A stretch of DNA of 34,805 bases from Octopus bimaculoides (taxonomy: Eukaryota). Numbering within the stretch: position 1 is the first letter of the stretch; each line of letters starts with the position of its first letter. A model generated the notes under the pieces. That model was given only the letters and a program-made list of their open reading frames with translations, was not told the DNA's origin and searched no databases. The stretch covers positions 15,045,621 through 15,080,425 of the forward strand of contig NC_068990.1 in assembly GCF_001194135.2 (NCBI RefSeq), given 5' to 3'. Shown piece by piece: positions 13,001-23,910 of this stretch. The translations under genes and the position numbers were made by a program.

Positions 13001-16000
13001 TTACTTCAGAGAAGTAAAAGGAATGAACCAATAAAATTGAGACTTGTAGAAAGGAAGGGTTCCTTGTTTGTTTAAAATCAGTTTCACTGATATCACAAAC
13101 GGTTAATGTTAGTCATTCTATATTTACTTGTGGCTATAGAAACCATATAAGAATATGACAAACAGAATATGTTTTTCTTGCCTTAAAAGCTATTCAAATT
13201 ATACTCTAACTGTTACTTGGAACCACAAGGAAATGGCTTAATCAGGAAAGTTTTGGTATATATTTAAAATTGTTAAATTTAAACATGCAACAATACACTA
13301 TATACAGTTGTTTCTATTAATTGAATTAAATTCTGTTTTTAATATCTTCACTTTAGAATCTACAACCGAAGCAGCAGCAATAGCTACAGGTATATATCTG
13401 AAAACTTTCCCCTTTGCAATGTAAATATGTTTGTTACTCATACAGGAGGTATATATGACTTACTTCTTTGAGTTCTATTATGTGAGGCATGCTCGTGTAT
13501 GAATACATGTGTAAAATATAAGATTAAAAAATGTATCTTTTATAACCTGGACTTAAATAAATGAAGAAATAATGTTGTTTTTTTCATTTCTCAAAACAGA
13601 ATCCTGGTGTGTGATGAATGATGGTTTAGCTGATGCCTCATTGATAAGAAGTTGGGACATTAAGACTTCAAGCAATCAAGAACATGTAAATTCCATCAGA
13701 CCAGGTGGAAAAGGCTGGAAACCTGATCTCAGTGACACTAAACGTACTGTAACAATTTTTGTTGGAGATGCTTTAAGATATGGAGCAACAATAAGATTAC
13801 CCCATGCAAAATATGTGGAGAAATTTGATGTGATACTCTCTGATGAACAGGTAAAAAACATGATCTTGTCTATCTACTTCTCTTATTAATTTATTTTTAT
13901 AGGATGTGGCAAAACAAACTCACATATTTTTCATTTGAAAACACACAGTGTGTACTGATTAAATTTATGATGGTAACTGAAGAAAGCAATAAAATATTAT
14001 CTCCATGAAGACACCACTACCGCCTGCCTAACTGCGCTGGTGCCACACCAATAGCTGTGTAAAATATGTGAAGTTTTTTTGATACACTCTATAATAAGAA
14101 ATGTTTAGTGCTGTTGCTGCTTTTCATCTCTATACCAATCTTCATTCAGCAGACTTAAGATGAAATGAAGACTCTTGTTTTAGGCATATTATTACTTGCA
14201 TTAGCCAAAGTGTAGCCAACCTTTTATAAAATGTTAGAATACAACTGGAAAGAATTTAGCTGTTATTTTTAAAAGGGTAGGAAATAGCATTTAATTCTAA
14301 ATGTATAAATAACACAAAGATATTGATGAATATTTAGGTTTTACATTAAAAATAATTTGCAACCAAAGCTTCTTCCCATTTTATTTTCATCATTTATCTC
14401 TTCTGCAAGAACACTTAATCTTCAGTACTTTTGATTCTGTAAATTCTTTCATAACTACCTGTAAATGGTTTCATATATACCTTTACATAAGTATATTGGT
14501 ATGTCTTATTGTAAATTTTTTAAAGTTGACAATGTTGGTATCTCTTTCTACAGAACACCAAACCTCTTCACAACAACAAACCCGATGCTATTATCAAGAT
14601 ACCTTTTGGTACCACAGTCAATAGTATAAAACTACGGTTTTACTCTGTTAAACCAGATTGCCAATTAGTTGTAACAGTATCAATTCTTGGATGTTTTGAA
14701 TTACGTAAGCATAAATGTACTTTTCAACCTTTTTAATATCAATCTGCTTGAGACCACTTTTAGTCTTATAAAACAAAATTCCATTTTAAAGTGATATACC
14801 CTCCAGCCTTCATCAGGTGTCTTGGAGAAATTTCAAACCTGGGTTTTCGTTCTTAAGGTATTTTTCAATGTTATTATTATTATTGTTGTTGTTGTTATTA
14901 TTCAGGTCACTGCCTGGAATCGAACTTGGAATCTTGGGGTTAGTAGCTACTAACCCCAAGATTTTGAGTTCGATTCCAGGCAGGGACCTGAATAATAATA
15001 ATATTAATAATAATAATAACAATAATAATAATAATATCGAAAAATACCTTAGGAATGAGAACCCAGGTTCGAAATTTCCCCGAGACACCTGATGAAGGCT
15101 GGAGGGTATATCAGCTGAAATGTTGTGTTAACAACAAACAAGATGAGGACAAATATCTGTCAAATGTAAATAATGTACATAATTCCTCATCTCTTAAACT
15201 GTAAAGTGTACCAAATAACCAATAATATCAAGCAGATGAAATAGCAATCTTATGCATGTATATGTGTGTATGTGTGTGTGTGCGTGTGTATGTGTGCGCG
15301 CGCGCGTACATACATACACGTAATCATATAAACATGTTGTTTCATTTTTGAAGAGCCATGCAAAATTGTTGATGGAATGTCTAGCTCTGAGTACATCCCA
15401 AGCAGCTCCATTAAGGTATCCAGCAACCCAAGATACGTCAATGCATTGAGACCCTTCAGAGATGGCTGGAAATCTGATGAGAGAGATCACAAGCGAACTA
15501 TTACTATCAATGTTGGAAATGCATTTGTGAAGGGTGGTCATATCAAGTTAAAAAAAAGTAAATTTGTTGCAAATTTCGATGTTATTTTTGATGGAAATCA
15601 CAGCATTAAGGTTAGTATTCTTTTATGACTTGAAATATTCTCTACATTTCAATCTTTTTTTTTTTATGACTGCAATAATATCTGCTTTATATGCTGGCAC
15701 CATGTAAAAAACACTCATACAAACTCATTGTAAAAAATACTCATGCTGGTGCCACATGAAAAGGCACTCATCCTGGTACCACATGAAAAACATTTGTGTC
15801 GGTGCCATGTACTCTGGCTTTAAGGGTATTGTGAAAGGCCTGGTTGGAGGCCCAACTTTCTGAGTTCTTTTACAGGACTTAGAAAAACTGAAGGACTACT
15901 GCAATAAGTGTGTGAATCTGAAAGGAAAATATGTTGAATAAAACCATAATGAACTGATCCTCCTGTATTTTCTTTTACCCAAAGCCAGGAACTTTTCAGC

Positions 16001-19000
16001 ACCCTCTCCTAAAAGTACTCATGCCAGTACCACATAAAAAGCACCCAGCACACTCTGTAAAATGGTTGGTGTTAAGGGCATCCAACCATACAAACTATAC
16101 CAAAACACACAACTGAAGCTTGGGCAGCTCTCTGGCTGGTGAGCTCCTGTCAAACCGCCCAACCCATGCCAGCATGGAAAACAGTCATTAAACATATATT
16201 TGACTTTGTAAAGTACAAGATAGGACAGTACATGGACTTGTGGTTTGGGTGTTTGTTTCATAATTGTAAGTTCCTAGTTTTAACACCCGAACTAGTTAGC
16301 ATGTGGAAAACATTTCACTTCATGTTGCACTCCTCCTCCCAACTGAAAACCATTGCCAGCAATATCAGGTAGAGGTGGGCGTTAACCCTGGGACAAACTA
16401 GAGTCCTATGCAGTGGGGAATATTATACTTTTGTACACCTATATACCATGAAAATCTGAATAAATACTTGCCTCATGATTCTGTAGGCTTGTGACAGACC
16501 TATTTACCCAACCTTTTTTTACTGTAAAGTAATAACAAAAATCTATGTTCAAAATTCTCCTCCTCCTCCTCCTCATCATCATCATCTAATGTCTGCCTTC
16601 CATGCTGGCATGGATGGGACAGTTTGACAGGAGTCAGCCAGGCTGGAGCCTGTACCAGACTTCTGTGTCTGTTTTGGCACAGTTTTTATGGCTGGATGCC
16701 CTTCCTAACACCAACCACTCAGCAGAGTGGACTGAGTGCTTTTTATGTGGCACCTGCTCAGGTGAGGTCAGTTTTGCCAAAAAATGTGTAATTAAATGGA
16801 ATATTTCATTATGCTCAATTTTGTTTAAATTAAATTTCATTTTCTTTAAAGGGAAATAAACCTGGACAAACTATTACAATACCACGTGGAACTAAATATG
16901 AAAAGGTTACTTTGAAATTCTATCCAACTGAAAACTGTAGTGTCATTGTGGCAATTTCTATCAAAGCTTGCTTCAAAGAAAAATGTAAGTAAAGAAAATT
17001 TCATCACTAGAAAATCTCTGTCAAAGGTATTGCCACATTGAAACCTTTAGCATTTAGACCAGTTATATCTGGCTCAGATACTCCATCTATTTTATGTTTA
17101 AACTGGTGAGATCTGGCCTCTCTCACAGCTTACCTTACAATGTTGTACAAAGAAGACGATGAAATCTGTTAAGATTTTTGACAAACAAAATTTTATTTTT
17201 TCTTTACACAAAAAAAAACAAACGTTGTTATGAGAAAACCAAAATATTGAAAGAGTTTTGGATTCTAATGTTCTTGGTGTAATTGTAGCAGCAGATAAAG
17301 TATTGTTAGTTACTTGCCAGCTACTGACTTCTAATACCCATTCATCCTCTAGCTGTTCATTGCCTTTGTATTGACAGCTGTTGTCCACCACCTCTGTTTG
17401 GCCATCTCCTACAGTGTCTGTCAATGTTCTCTCAGCAACATCTCAAAGCTCTCTTTCTAGTAGTCATGGCGTGTCGAATTTATACTGGTTGATAGGCTCA
17501 GAAGGAAGTGCTCCATGACTGGTCAGATTTTGTTGATCACATGGGCAATATTCTATTGAATCACAACATTAGGGAATTGCTGAATATTCCCACTACAATG
17601 TCACTCCAAATAATAAACAATCACATCATCAAGATCTGAAAGCTATGAGATAATGCATGAGATAATGCACGATTGATTTAGAACAATGAGAATAAATAAG
17701 CATTACACTTGACAGAGTAATCTGAATGCTACAGAATTAAGTGATTTTATTAGAATTGTCTAATTATGAACTGTTAAACAAGGAAAAAGATTTGATAAAG
17801 AGACATTCAAAGCCTATTTGATGTAGGATGGCATCAAAATTAAAATACATTTGTTTCTTTAGAAAAACATTATCAAATTTTTATTCTGTAACCAGAAGTG
17901 ATTTCAAAATTTTTATATTTAGTATAAGTATTATATTTACTTAGAATCTTTCAAGTTATTTTATTTCTGAAAATATTTTCATTACATTATTTACATAAAT
18001 TTAAAATAGGATTTGGTTCACAAGTTTGATCAAATTCACACAGAATTAAAATAAAATTTAGCATACAAATTAATATAACTTATTAGCAATAAATTTATAT
18101 TTCATTTCTTAAAAGCTAAAGGCCAGTATATAGAAGAACCTGTCACCGGAAGAGCACCAGATGTTATACCAAACGAACTAGTTTCCACTGGAGGTAATGT
18201 TTATATTGATATTTCTAAAAATATAATGGTGAAAGACATGTTTGGAGATATTTTATTCATAACTAATAATACAAAATTTGTACTTAATAAGTGAGCATTT
18301 GTTACTTTTTAAATTCTGTTTTATTCTCTGTTTTCCTAGAATTTCTTTACTACCACTTAAATCTAAAATCTAAAATGGAATACCCAATGGAAAAAATTTT
18401 TCAGTAATACGATAACTGTGGTGTATGCGTGCGAGTAGAAGTAATCGGCTTACCTTGGTTTTCCTTCCTTTGCACAAGTCTGTCCTGCGGTATCCGATCC
18501 TCACGGCTCGCCCGACCCAAAGAACACTAGAAATAGCAGCTGCTTCTCCCAACACCTAGACGATCGCTTGGCACGTCCTCTCCTGACAACAGGAGTACGA
18601 AATCCCGATCGAGGCTCCCTCTGCCCTTCTTCCTCTTTCGGTCAGCTCGCCGTTCTGGTCAGCTCCCCAGTTGCTGACGTCATACCACAATAACTACAGC
18701 TAAATATGTTCAAAAGAAGGTTTCTTTCAAGTTTTTTTTCCCCTCTTCAACCTTATCAGTGGCCCTCTGTAAAGAGGAAACATCATTTTACAGCATCAAA
18801 AAGAATTTGGCAAAATCAATAGATTTTGTCTACTGAACTTGCAAAAGTCCACACCCAGTTCACAACTCTAAAACAATGTTCGGCAATAACTGGTAAATAG
18901 TCTCTCACATGTACCACAAACTACAGATTCCTTACGCAGGCACCAAAAAAACAGATAAAACTGAAACATTTGCTCATGCAGCCATTCTCTCCTATGCTCA

Positions 19001-21469
19001 TTCTCTTATAATTCCTTTTACAAAATAAAAAAAACAGTCCCAAGATTCTTTTTCCAAGTGACTGTTATACACCACAATCCTGCTTCTAATCTTAAAGATT
19101 ATTCTATCCAACAATAATGCTAACAGAACTCACTGTTTGTATTTTTTCACAAGTCACGTGACCAATAAAATGAGTTCCTCTCTTTGTGCTTGTCATGAGG
19201 CTCAACCTGAGCTACCTTTCCTTGTTTTTCATTGCTTGCTTTATCGTTACACAAACTAATTATTCTTTATACATCTATGGTGTATCACCAAGTAGCTCTG
19301 TCCACTGATACATTATTCAGGAATTATACACAGATCACAACCCAACTCCTCCATTGTAATGTACAGCAAGCTCCGTGTGGTTTGACCCATACCTTCAGTC
19401 CAATTTAGAAAGATACAGGCTTCCACTTCATTAGAAGACACCGGCACAGTTTGTTGATACCTTCATTCATATTTAAACACTGCTCTTTGTGGTATTGACT
19501 CTGCTTTTCCTTTCCTGATCTGGGCAACATGTTATACCAGAAGACTACCTCAAGCAGCAAGCTGTGTCATTCTACATTACCATTTCTAATTGATCTATAT
19601 GCAGCTCTGAAATAACCTATCAAATACCAGTATTTCCTTCAGCACTTCCAATCTAAATGCTGGGATCTTGCTTATCTGTTCATTAACACTAGGTCTATCG
19701 GACCTCTTAACAAAAACATTTCATTCATCATTGTTATAACTGAGGCTCTTGTCTCTCTGATCTGATCTACTTTCATATGAGTACCTTTCCTGATCTGTGA
19801 CTGGTTATTGTTAGGTATACACCTTTTTTGGTAGTGCATAATATCAATTCTCATCCTTTTCTGGCTGCTTACAACCTAAACGTCTCCTTTGTTTGTACTG
19901 CATAGCTTTAACTGAAGAGACGCATAATGTGGATAAAACACTATGATGTTCTCTGTTGAGGAACAACAACAGCTATCAGATGTTCACAATCAGGTCTGCC
20001 AGAACATTTTATGAATGGAGGCATTATTGTCTGGGTTTTTGCTGTTTTGCACTCCATGAATTACTAAAATTAGGAAAAGTTGATACAAACACCAACTTTT
20101 GAACAGAAGATGTTGTGATATGTATAAACGTAGGAAGATGGTTTTTCTATCACAAATTTATATAGAACTTGAGAGTTTTAGCAGTTTGTGTCTGGAATGC
20201 AAACTCCTGAAACAGAAACCAGAGTTTCTAGTTGATACTTATGATTTTATCTTTGCTTTTCTTTAGCATAATGCTTTGATCTACCAACCATATGATTTAA
20301 ATTGTAAAATTTAATATTCATTAATAAATTTTATATGAATTTTAGAAGCTGAGAAACAAGTAGAACCTGCTCCTCTTTCTCGTTCAGGTAAGTTGATAAC
20401 TTTCAAATAAGCTTATTCAAAAAGCAAAGATAACCTAATCTTTTTGATATTATGTTATGAATCATCATGAAACAGCAGACTGCATTCTTTGAATTGTTTC
20501 GCTTCATTCTTCTTGGTTTGCAATCCCATAAAGAGTAATGTGACTTTATTCCCTGGTGAGTGGGTCAATAGAATAATTTCGTTTACTTATCTTAATTTGG
20601 AAATTTCTTATTCTTATTTGTCATATCAGTCAATGAATGTATAATGTTCTATGGTACTGTTCTGACTCTCTCCTCTTTCACTCCTCTATTTCTCCTCAGT
20701 CACACCCCTATGTCTCTCTTTTACTACTATTATCTGCTCTGTTCTTTGTCATCTCTCCTTCAGTCTTTCCCTTTTTAGATCTAAATTTTCCCCAGCAGCT
20801 ATTTTATCTATAAATTCTACCTTCTTTATTTAACATCACAAAACAGTGTTGTTTAATCCCTGATTATGCAGAACCCTTGTCAAGGCTATTCCTACCTCAG
20901 CCATTCTATTTTTTTTTTTTTATTAGGCATAATGTCTCTAAGACTGCTTTATCAAGTATGACCTTCTATTTTAAGATGTTAGGATTTGTGCTGAGATTTG
21001 GCAGCTATTTTTAGCAGGTCAAGCTATCTCANNNNNNNNNNNNNNNNNNNNNNNNNNNNNNNNNNNNNNNNNNNNNNNNNNNNNNNNNNNNNNNNNNNNN
21101 NNNNNNNNNNNNNNNNNNNNNNNNNNNNNNNNNNNNNNNNNNNNNNNNNNNNNNNNNNNNNNNNNNNNNNNNNNNNNNNNNNNNNNNNNNNGTGTGTGTG
21201 TGTGTGTGTGTGTGTGCATGTGTGTGTGTATCTGTGTGTCTGTGTTTGTCCCCCTATCATTGCTTGACAATCGATATTGGTATGTTTACGTCCCTGTAAT
21301 CTAGCAGTTCGGCAAAAGAGACCAACAAAATAAGTACTAGGCTTAAAAAGAATATTCTCTGGGCTCGAATTGTTCGACTAAAGGTGGTGCTCCAGCATGG
21401 CCACTGTCAAATGACTGAAACAAATAAAAAAAATATGAATTTCTTTGAAGACAAAATTTTTCATTGCAT

Positions 21470-21504
<35 letters not shown>

Positions 21505-23869
21505 TTTCAGTATGCACATTTGACAAATGTACATTCATGAGAGAATTTGGCTTCGACGGTCCACACATAGTTGGTTGGATTGAGAAAGACGGCATTGAGG
21601 GTATTACAAATGAAACTGAAGTGGTTTATATGGAGGAAAAACTAGAAGAGGGTGTTGTTATCAATGTTGCTTGTACTCAATGGTAAGACATATAACTCTT
21701 AGACAAGAAAGTGTTCTGAATAAGTTTGTGTATTTTGAATTGTCTAATGTTCCAGACAAAATAGTTTATATACAGCTTGTAGCTTTGTGTATAGCTTTGT
21801 GTAAAACTTTTAAATTCATTGGAATTAAATTTACATTAAATTTTACCATTATCAATAAAATAACTACCATGAAAATAATTCCTACTAAACTAGGCACAGG
21901 TGTGGCTAAGTGTAGTTTACCAATTTATGCCTTGTGTCTTTTTACAATTTTTAACTGCAGATCGGTAATAATAAAAGCTTTATTTTATTAATAATTTTTC
22001 AGTTTATGTAAAAATGGAAATATAACATGTGATCATAAGATATGTGAGGGTGAGTCTTTTTTTGTATTTGTTTTCTTTTATTTTTTCTTTAACCTTTAAC
22101 CATTTTGATACCAGTCCACCTGGGACCACCTCTGGTTCTATTATAAAAATGTTTTAAAGTGATCTGAGCTAAAATTTTTCATCAAAATTTCATGTCAATT
22201 TTTGTTCCAAATACTGGCTAAATAGTGGCAAAGTTACATTGATAAATTCTTCGTTATTTTCCCAATTAATTAACACAAAAGCAGTGTTCTTCCACGGTGT
22301 ATTTTCTTATACATTAACGTGCCACATCAAATAATCTATTCATAAATAAGTAAAAAAAAAACTCATAATATGTTGAAAAGTGTATTAATCTCCATCAACA
22401 GGAGGAATTTCAACGATGCTTCGTGGTCTGCTACCACAACAGCACCTTTATAGGATCCAGTTAGCTCAAGACATCATCAGGAGTAACCACATCCGGTTTC
22501 GGCCCCTACTCCTCTACCATTTTGACGTGGCGCCCCCCCCCCTTTTGGAGGTATCTTCAGCTCTGGTGTTGGGTGCATGTCTTCTTTCTTCTATTCCCTG
22601 GCCTCTTCGATGCAGCATCAACGAGTGTCAGCGTCCGACTGACTGTCTTGTCAAATTCCCCTTTTTATACCTACTGCTAGGCTCCAGCAGGCTGCCCCAG
22701 CAAGTTGTCACGGGACACTGTCTAAATTTCCCACTGCTAGGGTCCAGTAGGCAACCCCAGCAAGTTGTCACATGACACTGTCTAAACTTCCAATAATAAT
22801 TTGACAAAATGTATATTTATGTAGAACTTTACAACTGACTTTTTATTATCATCTGTAATTTAGATAAGTATAAATCTGTTGATTAAATTATGGTTTAATT
22901 GTTTGCATCGAGGCAGAAAAGCGACTCCATGAAGCACAGTACTTAATGTCTTCTATTGGGACTGGATTTATCTTTCATTGGCCTTGTTTGATAAAATACT
23001 ACAAATCAGAAACAATGGTAAAAACAAATCCCTTTCACTTGTTCAGAAATTGATGAAAATATTCCAGTGTGACAAATTGGATAACCCTTTCACATTCTGA
23101 TTACTCTGTCAAATTTAATACTGTTTTGAATTAATCATGTAATATCTCATAGCTTTGAGATTTCAATGCCAGTGTGGGATAAGTGTGAGAAGCTGGATCT
23201 GGCTAGTTTGAACATAAAACAGATGGAATATTAGGCCAGATATAAGGGAGCAAGCTTCAGAATTGTTAGCCCACTGATGAAATGCCACTAAGCATTTCAT
23301 CTGTCTTTACATTCGAGTTCAAATTCCACCAAGGTCGACTTTGCCTTTCATCCTTTTGGGGTCAATAAGATAAGCACCAGCTGAGCATAAGGGTTGATGG
23401 AATTTGCATTCTAAGTTCAAATTCATGAAGGTCATCTTTGTCTTTCATCCTTTTTGGGAACAATAAAATAAATACCAGCTAAGCACTGGGGTTGATACAA
23501 TTGACTTACATCCATTCCGACATTACTGGCCTTGAGCCAAAATTTGAAACCACTATTTAGGCCAGATATGGCCATTTTAAATGCTAAAGGGTTAATCTAT
23601 TTTCTCATCCTTTTGGTTAAATTAATTTATTTCCAGTAATTTTTAAAATGTTTCAGGATGTATGTATTCTGGATGGCAGGGTTGGAGTTCTTGCAGCAAA
23701 ACCTGTGATAATGGATTTAAAATTAGAACTAGGGGAAAACATGTTGGCAAAGGGAATGAACCATGTAATCTTCCATTATCTGAAATTCAAGATTGCAATA
23801 TAAAGATATGTCACGGTAATCAGCTTTTTAATTTTTAATTTAAACTAATTATTTCTTTATTTTGTTTTA

Positions 23870-23910
<41 letters not shown>

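Noticed and set aside
2822-13889. ORF-track hits MMNDGLADAS... as five separate paralogous small genes
   Set aside because: They run into GT donors at identical positions and are preceded by AG acceptors; they are exons of one gene, not stand-alone ORFs.
2811-14704. Regularly spaced repeats as a CRISPR-like array
   Set aside because: The repeats are 150-250-nt coding exons with splice sites in eukaryotic DNA, with no cas genes.
14792-14821. Second hammerhead on the - strand in the left palindrome arm
   Set aside because: Truncated within stem II and lacks GAAA and stem III.
14813-15092. Mirror-image ORFs with poly-Leu and poly-Asn (signal-peptide-like)
   Set aside because: They are products of the palindrome and its TTA/AAT microsatellites.
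14705-15353. A fifth C-type micro-exon
   Set aside because: No Thr-rich AG..ACAG|GT segment found; B5 joins A6 in frame directly.
18340-18403. Cryptic exon after the strong acceptor ttttcctag at 18339
   Set aside because: The frame hits TAA, and the nearest GT gives phase 2, which is incompatible with the next phase-1 exon.
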